The translations under genes and the position numbers were made by a program. The notes under the pieces were generated by a model. That model did no database searches, was not told the DNA's origin, and saw only the letters and a program-made list of their open reading frames with translations. This document shows positions 29,165-38,196 of a stretch of DNA of 64,000 bases, in pieces. Source of the stretch: Thermoanaerobaculia bacterium (GTDB lineage Bacteria; Acidobacteriota; Thermoanaerobaculia; UBA5066); the NCBI GenBank assembly GCA_963816185.1, contig CAWFJJ010000024.1, forward strand, positions 640,001-704,000, read 5' to 3'. Position 1 is the stretch's first letter. Each line of letters starts with the position of its first letter.

Positions 29165-30224
29165 CCGCGCGCATCCGCCTGCCGCACCGCCATTCGAGGT
29201 ACCGCACCAGGGCCCACAGCCGCCTGAACGCCGGGTTGCGCGTCTCGCCGCGGTGGTAGCGTTTGTAGATCTGCTGCGCGATGGCGGCGAGCCGGAAGAG
29301 GCCGTAGACCTCGTAGAAGGTCGTGTCGCGTGGCGCGAGGCCGGATCTCTCGAAGTACACCGCCACGACTTCGCTCCGGGTGAGCATTCCCGGAAGATGC
29401 GTGGGCTGGCGGCGCGTCCAACGCGCGAGGAAGTCGTCGTCCGCCTGCACCCAGTACGCGAGGCTGTTGCCGAGGTCCATGAGCGGATCGCCCAGCGTGG
29501 CCATCTCCCAGTCGAGGATGCCGAGGACACGCGTCGGCTCTTTCGGATCGAGAACGACGTTGTCGAGGCGAAAATCGTTGTGGATGACGCAGGTCGCGAC
29601 GTCCTCGGGCGCCGCGGCTTTCAGCCAAGAGACGACTTTCGAAAAACGGGGCACGTTCCAGGTCCGCGCCCTTTCGTAGCGATCGGCCCAGCCTTCGATC
29701 TGTCGCCTCACGTAGCCCGCGCCTTTGCCGAGAGCCTCGAGCCCGGCTGCCTTCGCGTCGACGCGGTGCAGCTCCACGAGCCGGTCGATGACGTTCAAGC
29801 ACATCGCCCGGGCCGTCGGCGGATCGAGCGCGACGCCTTCGGGAAGACGTGCCCGGAGGATCATCCCGGGGATGCAGCGCATGACGTAGAACTCGGTCCC
29901 GATGACGCTCTCGTCGCTGCAGAAGGCGATCATCTCGGGCGCGTACGGGTAGAAAGGCCGCAGCGCCTTCTGCACGTGGAACTCCCGCCCCATGTCGTGA
30001 GCCGATTTCGCCTTCGTTCCGGCGGGCGGCCTCCTGAGAACGAGGTCGTCGCGTTCGTATTCCAGCCGGTAGGTCCAGTTCGAGGCCCCGCCCGAGAATT
30101 GCGTCACTCGGGGCGTTCCGGTCAGACCCGTGTGGCGGCTCTTCAGCCACGCGTCCACCGCGGAGGCGTTCAGCTCCTCGCCGGGGCGGATCGGACCGGC
30201 CGCGTCGGTCGGGGAGGACGTCAA
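29139..30224 (-). CDS. APH-family phosphotransferase (ACAD10/11 kinase-like)
   Basis: GGASNWTY, VLRRPP, SAHDMGRE, IHNDFRLDN, ILDWEMATLGDPL; TTG start overlaps the upstream TGA. Confidence 0.88.
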   Translation of the reverse strand: MTSSPTDAAGPIRPGEELNASAVDAWLKSRHTGLTGTPRVTQFSGGASNWTYRLEYERDDLVLRRPPAGTKAKSAHDMGREFHVQKALRPFYPYAPEMIAFCSDESVIGTEFYVMRCIPGMILRARLPEGVALDPPTARAMCLNVIDRLVELHRVDAKAAGLEALGKGAGYVRRQIEGWADRYERARTWNVPRFSKVVSWLKAAAPEDVATCVIHNDFRLDNVVLDPKEPTRVLGILDWEMATLGDPLMDLGNSLAYWVQADDDFLARWTRRQPTHLPGMLTRSEVVAVYFERSGLAPRDTTFYEVYGLFRLAAIAQQIYKRYHRGETRNPAFRRLWALVRYLEWRCGRRMRAVSGLRRSA

Positions 30225-31426
30225 CGCGCGCTCATTCCGTAGCCGCGGAGGATGCGCCGGGCCACGACCTCGAGGTGAACTTCGTCGGGACCGTCGTAGA
30301 TCCTCGCGGCGCGCTCGTGCGCGTACCACCAGGCCAGAGGCGTGTTGTCGGTCATGCCGAGGGCCCCGAGGCCCTGGATGGCCCGGTCGAGAACTCTCTG
30401 CATGATCCGGGCGACGGTGAACTTGATGAGAGAGATCTCCTCGCGGGCGGCTTCCGCGCCTTCCTTCTCGATCTTCCAGGCCGCGTGCAGGACCATGAGC
30501 CGCGCGGCGTGGATCTCGGCGCGGCTCTCGGCGATGCCCTGCTGCACGAGCTGTCTCGTGCCGAGGAGGCGGCCCGGAGCGAGCTCACGCGTCGCGACGT
30601 GCCGGCAGAGGATGTCGAAGGCCCTCTCGCAGACGCCGATCCAGCGCATGCAGTGGTGGATCCGGCCCGGGCCGAGCCGCTCCTGCGCCAGGGCGAAACC
30701 CGAGCCCTCGGTGCCGAGCAGGTTCCCGAGCGGCACGCGGGCGCCGTCGTAGCTCACTTCGCCGTGGCTCGCCCAATCGCCGCCGCGGTCTCCCATGACC
30801 GAGGTGTTCGCCAGCAGCGTGAAGCCAGGCGTGTCCGTGGGGACGAGGATCATGCTGGCCCGCCTGTAGGGATCGGCGACGTCCGGGTCCGTGACCGCCA
30901 TGCAGATCGCGAACGCGGCCCCGTCCGCCGAGGAGGCGAACCATTTGTGGCCGCGCAGCACCCACGAGTCCCCTTCCTTTCGGGCCACGGTCCCCAGCCA
31001 CACCGGATTCGAGCCCGCGAACTCGGGCTCCGTCATCGTGAAGCAGCTCCGGATCTCGCCGCGGACGAGCGGCAGGAGGTATTTGTCCTTCTGCTCCGGC
31101 GTGCCGTGCGCCATGAGGAGCTCCATGTTCCCCACGTCGGGAGCCTGGACGTTGAAGAGGTAATGCCCGAGCGGGCTCTTCCCGAGCTCCTCGCTCATGT
31201 GGGCGAACTCGAGAAGCGAAAGGCCGGCTCCGCCGAAGCGTTCCGCCACGTGTGCGGCCCAGAGCCCCGTCTCGCGCGCCCGCTCCCGCTTCTCTTTCAG
31301 GACGGGGAGGAGAGCCTTGAAGCCCCGCTGCCTCAGGGCCGGCTCGAGCGGGAAGACTTCCTTCTCCATGAACGCGCGGACGATGCCGCGGACGGCTTTC
31401 ACATTCGGCGATTCGGAGAAGTCCAT
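30221..31426 (-). CDS. Acyl-CoA dehydrogenase (ACAD10/11-like)
   Basis: APDVGNME, FTMTEPE, GHKWF, QERLGPGRIHHCMR, RIYDGPDEVH. Confidence 0.93.
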   Translation of the reverse strand: MDFSESPNVKAVRGIVRAFMEKEVFPLEPALRQRGFKALLPVLKEKRERARETGLWAAHVAERFGGAGLSLLEFAHMSEELGKSPLGHYLFNVQAPDVGNMELLMAHGTPEQKDKYLLPLVRGEIRSCFTMTEPEFAGSNPVWLGTVARKEGDSWVLRGHKWFASSADGAAFAICMAVTDPDVADPYRRASMILVPTDTPGFTLLANTSVMGDRGGDWASHGEVSYDGARVPLGNLLGTEGSGFALAQERLGPGRIHHCMRWIGVCERAFDILCRHVATRELAPGRLLGTRQLVQQGIAESRAEIHAARLMVLHAAWKIEKEGAEAAREEISLIKFTVARIMQRVLDRAIQGLGALGMTDNTPLAWWYAHERAARIYDGPDEVHLEVVARRILRGYGMSAR

Positions 31427-31470
31427 GTTGCCTCCACGTCGAGCGGATTTTCAGCCATGTCCGCTGCCTG

Positions 31471-33249
31471 TCACTTCAGCGGGGGAGGAGCCCCGGCGCC
31501 GGGCAAAACGGACAGCGCGCGCTCGAGGTTCGCGCGGGCATACTCGTAATCGGGCTTGAGGCGCAGCGCCGCGCGAAAGTGCTCGACGGCTTCGGCCGCT
31601 CTTCCGAGCTGCAGCAGGGCGACGCCGAGACCGTTGTGCGCGAGATAGTCCCCGGACGACCCGAGGCGGAGCGCTTCCTCGTATGACGTGACCGCCTCGC
31701 CGAACCGCCCCGCTCTCGTGCTCACCGTTCCGAGGTTGATCAGCACCGTGGTGTCGGCGGGATCGACCCTCAGGGCGGCGCGAAGACGCGAGGCCGCCGT
31801 GTCGAAGCGGCCGTGACTCTCGTCGATGCGCGCGAGGTTCAGAAGGGTCGGAACGTTGTCGGGCTTGAGCGCCAGCGACTTCTCGAAGTGGGGGACGGCT
31901 TCGGCCTCGCGGCCGTTCTCCATCAGCCAGTTGCCGTAGTTCGTGTGACACATGAAGCAGTCGGGGCTGCGCTCGAGCGTGTCGCGCCAGAGAGTCTCCG
32001 GATTGCGGAACGCGAGGCTGTGCCGGAAGCTCAAGGTCCCAAGGACCGCGAGGACGCTCACGACGACGGCTGCTCCGGCCCGTCGCGCCGCCGCTCCCCG
32101 GTGGAGGACTCGAGACGACGCCCCGCACACCGCACAGGCCGCGAACACGGCGGCGGCCTGATAGGCGAAGTGGTCCGCCACCCAGGAATAGCGCATCGCG
32201 TAGACGTTGAAGAACCCCATCGCCGGAAACAGCACTCCGAGAAAGAGAAGGAGGCCGGCGAGCGGCCCCCTCCCAAGACGGCGCCTGAAGAACCACGCCG
32301 ACGCCGTTGCCGCGATCACGAATGCGGTCGGAAGCCACTGGGAGAGGACCCGCGGATCGACGTGCCATCGCTCGTAGATGAACGCGAGCTTCGTCGGAAC
32401 GACGAGCTTCGCGGCATAGAAGCAGGAGGTCTGTCCGGCGAGGACGATGCGTCCCAGGAGATTCAGGTTCCACTCCGCGCCGGCCGCTTGCACCATGGTG
32501 CGCTCGAGCCACGCGGTGTGGAAGGCGAGCCCGGCGCCGAGCGCGAAGAACGGGACGAGAGGCCGGACATCCGACGCTCCGATCCGCCCCTTCTCCCACC
32601 AGGCCAGGACGAGAAGAACGGCCGGTACGGCGCAGGCCGTCGTCTTCGAGAAAAGGGCGAGCGCGAGAAATGAGAACGCCAACGCGTACCGTGTTGCCGG
32701 CCGATGCGTCCACGGCGTGACCGCACGCGGCTTCCGCTTCTTTCTCGGTTCGGCCGCCTTCGCGCGGGCCTCGAGATAGGCATACCAGGCATGCACCGCG
32801 AGAAGCGACAGAAACAGCGAGAGCGTGTTCTTGCGCTCGGTGACCCAGGCGACGGATTCGACGCACACCGGGTGCAGGGCGAAAACCGCGGCGGCGAGCC
32901 ACGCCCCGGGTAGGTTCAGGCGGGCCAGAAGCCGCCAGAGAAGCAGGGCCGAACCCGCGTGGAGCAGGATGTTGATGAGGTGATAGCCCAACGGATGGAG
33001 AGCCCACAGGCGCTTCTCGATCCAGAACGACGTGAAGACCATCGGGTAGTACTGCTCGTTCGCCTTCGGCTCGGTCCAGATGGTCTGGAGCCCGTCGAGC
33101 GTGTCAAGCGTTCGGTTCTCCGTCAGGTAGGTGTCGTCGTTCCAGATGAAGCCCGCCCGGAAGACCGGGAGATACGCCGCGACGACGGCGGCCACCATCG
33201 CCAGAGCGAGAAAGAGAGCCTTCCTTTGCACCGGCACACGATATGCCAA
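31471..33249 (-). CDS. TMTC-like membrane glycosyltransferase with C-terminal TPRs
   Basis: FIWNDD, YYP, GYHLINILLH, FALHPVCVESVAW, ADHFAY, TLWRDTL, then TPR repeats; start uncertain. Confidence 0.82.
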   Translation of the reverse strand: MAYRVPVQRKALFLALAMVAAVVAAYLPVFRAGFIWNDDTYLTENRTLDTLDGLQTIWTEPKANEQYYPMVFTSFWIEKRLWALHPLGYHLINILLHAGSALLLWRLLARLNLPGAWLAAAVFALHPVCVESVAWVTERKNTLSLFLSLLAVHAWYAYLEARAKAAEPRKKRKPRAVTPWTHRPATRYALAFSFLALALFSKTTACAVPAVLLVLAWWEKGRIGASDVRPLVPFFALGAGLAFHTAWLERTMVQAAGAEWNLNLLGRIVLAGQTSCFYAAKLVVPTKLAFIYERWHVDPRVLSQWLPTAFVIAATASAWFFRRRLGRGPLAGLLLFLGVLFPAMGFFNVYAMRYSWVADHFAYQAAAVFAACAVCGASSRVLHRGAAARRAGAAVVVSVLAVLGTLSFRHSLAFRNPETLWRDTLERSPDCFMCHTNYGNWLMENGREAEAVPHFEKSLALKPDNVPTLLNLARIDESHGRFDTAASRLRAALRVDPADTTVLINLGTVSTRAGRFGEAVTSYEEALRLGSSGDYLAHNGLGVALLQLGRAAEAVEHFRAALRLKPDYEYARANLERALSVLPGAGAPPPLK

Positions 33250-33303
33250 CGGCCGGACCGCGAAAGCGGCCGGCCGCCCCGAATGCCGAGCTCCGGGCGC
33301 GCG

Positions 33304-33726
33304 CTACGCCAGGTGCAGGTCGATCAGGCCGTGCTGATGGAACGCGCCGATGCGCGGCGCGAAGAGCCCGATGAGGAAGAGCACGAACGCGCCTCCGGCC
33401 ACCGCAGACAGCACGAGGAGCGGCGTGAAGCGGGCCGCGAGGATCTGGTCGGCGTTGTTCACGCGGACAGTGGCCTCGACGACGGCCTTCAGCCCTGTGT
33501 CCGTCGTGATGAGGAGCCGCTTGTCCGTGACGGCTTTCTGGAGCGGCACGTCGGCCACGAGCACCTCGATCCGGTCCGACGTCGTCGAAAGCGGCAGCGC
33601 GAGGTGAGCCGGGGTCCAGGTCGCGTTGACCGGCTGATTCTGGACGCGCCAGAGCCCGGCCAGCGCGACGACGAGGACGATTCCCCCTCCGAGCAGGGCA
33701 AACAGCCGGAAATGACTCTTGGGCAT
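33304..33726 (-). CDS. Hypothetical two-TM membrane protein
   Basis: RBS GGAGG before ATG 33726; hydrophobic segments at both ends. Confidence 0.6.
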   Translation of the reverse strand: MPKSHFRLFALLGGGIVLVVALAGLWRVQNQPVNATWTPAHLALPLSTTSDRIEVLVADVPLQKAVTDKRLLITTDTGLKAVVEATVRVNNADQILAARFTPLLVLSAVAGGAFVLFLIGLFAPRIGAFHQHGLIDLHLA

Positions 33727-33847
33727 GACGAAACCTCCCACTTCCGCGGCGGGGGCACCGCACTTTCCGGGATCCCTCAAATACTTAGGGCGCAGCCCGA
33801 AACCCGGTCAAGGGATGCGTTTGCATCTGATGCCCCAAGGGGAGAAT

Positions 33848-33925
33848 GAGGAGGAGATTTCTTAGAAAGGAAAGAGGAATCCGGCGCGCATCGCGAACAC
33901 ACCCTTCTAAGAAAATCTTCTTCTT
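33848..33925. repeat. AT-rich palindromic element, copy A (TTCTTAGAA...TTCTAAGAA)
   Basis: GAGGAGGAGATTTCTTAGAAAGG and CCCTTCTAAGAAAATCTTCTTCTT form an imperfect inverted repeat just after the ABC operon stop. Confidence 0.75.
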
Positions 33926-33933
33926 TCCCTCTT

Positions 33934-34782
33934 CTACTTGACCGCGCCGACCGTGAATCCGGCGATGAAGCGGTCCAGGAACAGGTTGTAGATGACGGCG
34001 ATCGGGAGGCTCGCGACGAGGCAGGCCGCCATCAGCGAGCCCCAGTAATAGACGTCGCCGCGCACCAGAAAGATCGGGATGCCCACGCCGACCATCTGAT
34101 TGGACTCGGGCGAGATGAAGGTCAGGGCGTAGACGAACTCCTGGGTCACCAGCGTGAACGTAAAAATGACGACGGTCAGGATCCCGGAGACGGAGATCGG
34201 CACGACCATCCGAAGGAAAGCGCCGAAGCGCGTCAGGCCGTCCACCATGGCCGCGTCCTCGAGCTCCTTCGGGATGGACTTGAAGAAACCCATGAGCAGC
34301 CAGATCGAGAAAGGAATCGTCATGCTCGGGTAGACGAGCACCACGGAAAAGATGCTGTCCTGCAGTCCCAGGATCGCGACGACCCGCGAGAGAGGAATGA
34401 AGAGCAGGGTCGGTGGAATCAGATAGGTGAGAAAGATGGCGATCCCCAGCCGCTCGCCCCAGCGGCCGGCCAGGCGGGCGAGCGCATACGCCGCCGGCAC
34501 GGAAAGGAGAAGCGTGATGGCGACGACGAGCACGCCCACGAGCGCCGTATTGCCCAGCCAGCGGACGAAACGCGTCTCGGTGAACAGGAACTTGAGGTGC
34601 TCGAGCGTCGGTGGGAGGTTGAAGAGGAACGGGTTGTTCTCGACCGTGTAGAGGTCGATGTTCTGCTTGAACGTGGCGACGAGCATCCAGAAGAAGGGAA
34701 ACGCCAGGGCGACGACGAAGAAGGCCAGCACGAAGACATGGAGGGTCCTGGCGCCGAGTCTGCGGAGCGTACTGCGTTCCAT
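33934..34782 (-). CDS. Carbohydrate ABC transporter permease (MalG-like)
   Basis: FPFFWML, AAYALAR, SIPKELEDAAMVDG EAA loop; ATG overlaps the upstream stop. Confidence 0.93.
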   Translation of the reverse strand: MERSTLRRLGARTLHVFVLAFFVVALAFPFFWMLVATFKQNIDLYTVENNPFLFNLPPTLEHLKFLFTETRFVRWLGNTALVGVLVVAITLLLSVPAAYALARLAGRWGERLGIAIFLTYLIPPTLLFIPLSRVVAILGLQDSIFSVVLVYPSMTIPFSIWLLMGFFKSIPKELEDAAMVDGLTRFGAFLRMVVPISVSGILTVVIFTFTLVTQEFVYALTFISPESNQMVGVGIPIFLVRGDVYYWGSLMAACLVASLPIAVIYNLFLDRFIAGFTVGAVK

Positions 34783-35669
34783 CAGGCCACCTCGGCGCGA
34801 TGTGCGACGCGCAGCATGAGGTACGCGACCGCGACGAGGACCGGCACGAGAAAGAGCGAGATCGCCGCTCCCGCGGCCAGGTCGCTGCCGGCGATCCCCG
34901 TCGCGAAGGCGAGAGACGGCAAGGTCTGGGTCGAATCGAAGGGTCCGCCGGCCGTCAGGATGTAGACGACGATCATGTCGGTGAACGTGAAAACCGTCCC
35001 GAAAAGGACGGCCACCGAGAGGATGGGGGTCATCATCGGGATGTTGATCTGAAAGAGAGTGCGCCAGAAGCCGGCGCCGTCGATCGCAGCCGCCTCCGGG
35101 ATCTCCTTCGGGATGGCGGAGAGACCCGCCAGGATGATCACGGTGGAAAACGGAATCAGACGCCAGCAATGGACGAGGATGACGGAGGCCATGGCGAGGT
35201 GCGGCTCCCCGAGCCACATCGGAGCGCTGTACGGCTTGTACAGATGCACCGCGACGAGCACCCACGTGATTACGCTGTAGATCGAGTCGAGGATCCACTT
35301 CCAGCCGATCGTGCCGAGAGAGACCGGGGCCACCCACGGCAGCAGGATCAGGAAACGGACCAGACCGCGGCCGCGAAAGGGCTTCTCCAGGGCGATCGAG
35401 AGAATCGTCGAGCACACGACGACGACGACCTGAGCGCAGACGGTGAACACGATGGAATTCTGAATCGCCTTCCGAAAGCTGGGGCTTTGCAGGATGCTCC
35501 GGAAATTCTCCAGGCCGACGAAATGAAACTCCGTACTGCCGATCCGCGCGTCGCTGAAGGCATAGAGCACGGCGAGAACGAGCGGCACTCCGACGAGCGC
35601 GACGATGTAGAAGACCGCTGGGAGCAGCATCGCCTGGCCCAGCCAGCGGTCGCCTGATCGCGCGCTCAC
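34782..35669 (-). CDS. Carbohydrate ABC transporter permease (MalF-like)
   Basis: FVGLENF, LLPWVAP, AIPKEIPEAAAIDGA, LTAGGP. Confidence 0.93.
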   Translation of the reverse strand: MSARSGDRWLGQAMLLPAVFYIVALVGVPLVLAVLYAFSDARIGSTEFHFVGLENFRSILQSPSFRKAIQNSIVFTVCAQVVVVVCSTILSIALEKPFRGRGLVRFLILLPWVAPVSLGTIGWKWILDSIYSVITWVLVAVHLYKPYSAPMWLGEPHLAMASVILVHCWRLIPFSTVIILAGLSAIPKEIPEAAAIDGAGFWRTLFQINIPMMTPILSVAVLFGTVFTFTDMIVVYILTAGGPFDSTQTLPSLAFATGIAGSDLAAGAAISLFLVPVLVAVAYLMLRVAHRAEVA

Positions 35670-36691
35670 GTCTTCCGGGCTCCCGTCGCCGCGTCGAAGA
35701 GCTTCAGGTGGCGCTTTTCGATGGCGAAATCGTACGTCGCGTCCTTCGTGAAGAGGCCTGCGTGCGTCGAGGCGATGCGCGAGACGACCTTCTGTCCTGC
35801 GAAGGGGCCGTCGTGGAGCGTGCCGTAGAGCATGCGCTCGGCGCCGAGGTATTCCTCGTGGCTGAACGTGAGGCGCATCGCGACGGAATCCGGAACGGCC
35901 GCGGCCCGGGCGGGGAGGAAGTGCTCCGGGCGGAAGCCGGTGATCCCGTCCGCGCCGGGCACGAGATTCATGGGGGGCGAGCCGAGGAACGTCGCGACGA
36001 ACGTGTCGGCGGGCTCGTCGTAGACGTCGGCCGGCGTCCCGATCTGACGGACGACACCCTGGTGCAGCACGACGACACGGTCGCCCATGGCCATGGCCTC
36101 GACCTGGTCGTGCGTCACGTAGATCGTCGTCGTCCCGACGCTCTTGTGGAACTGCTCGAGCTCCTCTCGCGCGCTCAAGCGGAGCTTCGCGTCGAGGTTC
36201 GAGAGGGGCTCGTCAAGGAGGAATACCGCCGGCTCGCGGACGATGGCGCGGGCGAGCGCGACGCGCTGCCGCTCGCCGCCGGACAGCTCTCGCGGCTTGC
36301 GCTCCAGCAACCTGCCGATGCCGAGAAGCCCCGCGGCCCATTCCACTTTCTTCTTGTGCTGCTCCCGCGGGACCCCCTGCGCCTTGAGAGGGAAGGCGAT
36401 GTTCTTGTAGACGGTGAGGTGGGGATAGAGCGCGTAGCTCTGGAACACCATGGCGATCCGGCGCTCGCGCGGCGACAGGCGGTTCACGATTTGCCCGCCG
36501 ATCAGGATCTCCCCCGAGGTCGGGGTCTCCAGACCCGCGATCATCCGGAGGAGGGTGGTCTTCCCGGAGCCCGAAGGCCCCAGGAAGACCAGAAACTCAC
36601 CCTCTTTCGTCGCCAGGTTTACGTCGTTGACTGCTCCGAGCTCGCCTTCCTTGAAGACCTTCGTGAGGTTTCGTGTTTCGACGACCGCCAT
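35666..36691 (-). CDS. Sugar ABC transporter ATP-binding protein (MalK-like)
   Basis: GPSGSGKT, VFQSYALYPH, LSGGERQR, LLDEPLSNLD, YVTHDQ. Confidence 0.95.
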   Translation of the reverse strand: MAVVETRNLTKVFKEGELGAVNDVNLATKEGEFLVFLGPSGSGKTTLLRMIAGLETPTSGEILIGGQIVNRLSPRERRIAMVFQSYALYPHLTVYKNIAFPLKAQGVPREQHKKKVEWAAGLLGIGRLLERKPRELSGGERQRVALARAIVREPAVFLLDEPLSNLDAKLRLSAREELEQFHKSVGTTTIYVTHDQVEAMAMGDRVVVLHQGVVRQIGTPADVYDEPADTFVATFLGSPPMNLVPGADGITGFRPEHFLPARAAAVPDSVAMRLTFSHEEYLGAERMLYGTLHDGPFAGQKVVSRIASTHAGLFTKDATYDFAIEKRHLKLFDAATGARKT

Positions 36692-36703
36692 CGAGCGCCC
36701 GCG

Positions 36704-38044
36704 CTACTTCCACCGGGCGAAGATGCGCTTGTACTCGGCTTCCGCCGCCTTCGCGGCGTCCTCCGGTGACTGATCCCCTCGCGCGACGGTCGCGAACATC
36801 GTCGGAATGACCCAGGTGCTGAATGCTTCGGAGATGCCCGCGGTCGCGTAGCCCGGATAGCCGACGTTCGTGGCCCAGTCGAGGACGTTCCCGAGGACCT
36901 TGTATTTGTCCGGCGGATTCGCCCGCGGATCGTTCGCGATCAGCTTCTGGAGGTCCGGGACCGTCGAGGGGAAGCAAGGGAAGTTGTAGAACTCCCCGGC
37001 GGCGAAGCCCTCATGGAAATGGTCCATGAAGTCGATCAGGAACTGCTGCGCGCCTTCCTTGTTCTCCGCGAATTCCCAGATCACGTAGCAGTTCATGACG
37101 TGCTCGGCCGCGATCCGGCGGACCGGGCCCTTCAGCGCCGGGCTGATCATGATCTTGCTGTCGATGGGGAGTTTCTCCCTCTCCGACTGGCGCGTGACGG
37201 AGATGGCGTTCATCACGAAAGAGACGCGTCCGGCGAGCATCGCCTGGTTGTTCGAGGGAGGAGTCCAGGTGAAGACCTCCGGTGTCTCGGACTTCTGGTA
37301 GAGCTCCTTCATGAACTTCAGGGCTTCGATGGTCTGCTTCGAGTTGATCGTGACGTTTCCGGCCTCGTCCTGCTCGGCCCCGCCGAACGACCAGAGAAGG
37401 GCGCGCATGGCCATGCTGGTGTCGAGCTCCTGTCCGAGGCCGACTCCGCACGGGTGGCCGCTCTTCTCCCGGATCTTCGTCGCTCCCTTGAGCAGGTCGT
37501 CCCAGGTGTCCGGCCCTTTCGGGAATCCGGCTTCCGTCCACCAGTCTTTGTGCCAGTTGCCCGGGTCGGGGGTGTACGCGTCGGAGAAGGCGAAGTATTT
37601 CTTCGTCTTCGGGTTGTAGGTGGACTTGTGGGCCAGGTCGATCTTCTTCCCGTGCTTTCTCTCCACCTCCTGGTACACGTGACTCATGTCGATGACTTGC
37701 TTCTCGTAGGACGCGGGCGGAGAAAGGAACATGAAGAGGTCGTGGCCCTTCTTCGCCGAGACCTCGGAGGCGGCCCGGGCGTTGAGGTCGACCAGGTTGA
37801 TGTTGTCGACGATCACGTTGGTGTTGTTCTTCTTGCCCCACTCCTTGGTGTACGTGCCGTTGAACCACGTGTCCCAGGCGGGAACGAAATGGCTCCACTG
37901 GATGATTTTCAGCGTCTTGGGCTGGGCGTCGGCCCGGCCGGCGAACAGGAACGCGGGCCCTCCGACGCCGGCAGCGAGTGCGCCGCCTCCGGCAAGCTTC
38001 GTGAACGTTCGGCGAGTGATTCCACGGGGCTGCTTCCTCTTCAT
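36704..38044 (-). CDS. ABC transporter substrate-binding protein with Tat signal
   Basis: ITRRTFTKL twin-arginine signal; SBP family 1-like PDTWDDL; RBS GGAGGAG. Confidence 0.88.
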   Translation of the reverse strand: MKRKQPRGITRRTFTKLAGGGALAAGVGGPAFLFAGRADAQPKTLKIIQWSHFVPAWDTWFNGTYTKEWGKKNNTNVIVDNINLVDLNARAASEVSAKKGHDLFMFLSPPASYEKQVIDMSHVYQEVERKHGKKIDLAHKSTYNPKTKKYFAFSDAYTPDPGNWHKDWWTEAGFPKGPDTWDDLLKGATKIREKSGHPCGVGLGQELDTSMAMRALLWSFGGAEQDEAGNVTINSKQTIEALKFMKELYQKSETPEVFTWTPPSNNQAMLAGRVSFVMNAISVTRQSEREKLPIDSKIMISPALKGPVRRIAAEHVMNCYVIWEFAENKEGAQQFLIDFMDHFHEGFAAGEFYNFPCFPSTVPDLQKLIANDPRANPPDKYKVLGNVLDWATNVGYPGYATAGISEAFSTWVIPTMFATVARGDQSPEDAAKAAEAEYKRIFARWK

Positions 38045-38196
38045 GACAGCACTCCTCCGGCCGATTTCGGCCTCCAAGTCATCAGTGAAAGGGAACCGGC
38101 TTCGACTCCGATCGTGAGGCGAATGAGATCACCCCGCATCGCGAGGGTCAACAGCCATTAGCGATTCTCAGTCGCGACCTGATAGCCTGTAGGAGC

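Noticed and set aside
33251-33275. GC hairpin with GAAA loop between two minus-strand genes
   Set aside because: No U-tract and a single copy; function cannot be supported
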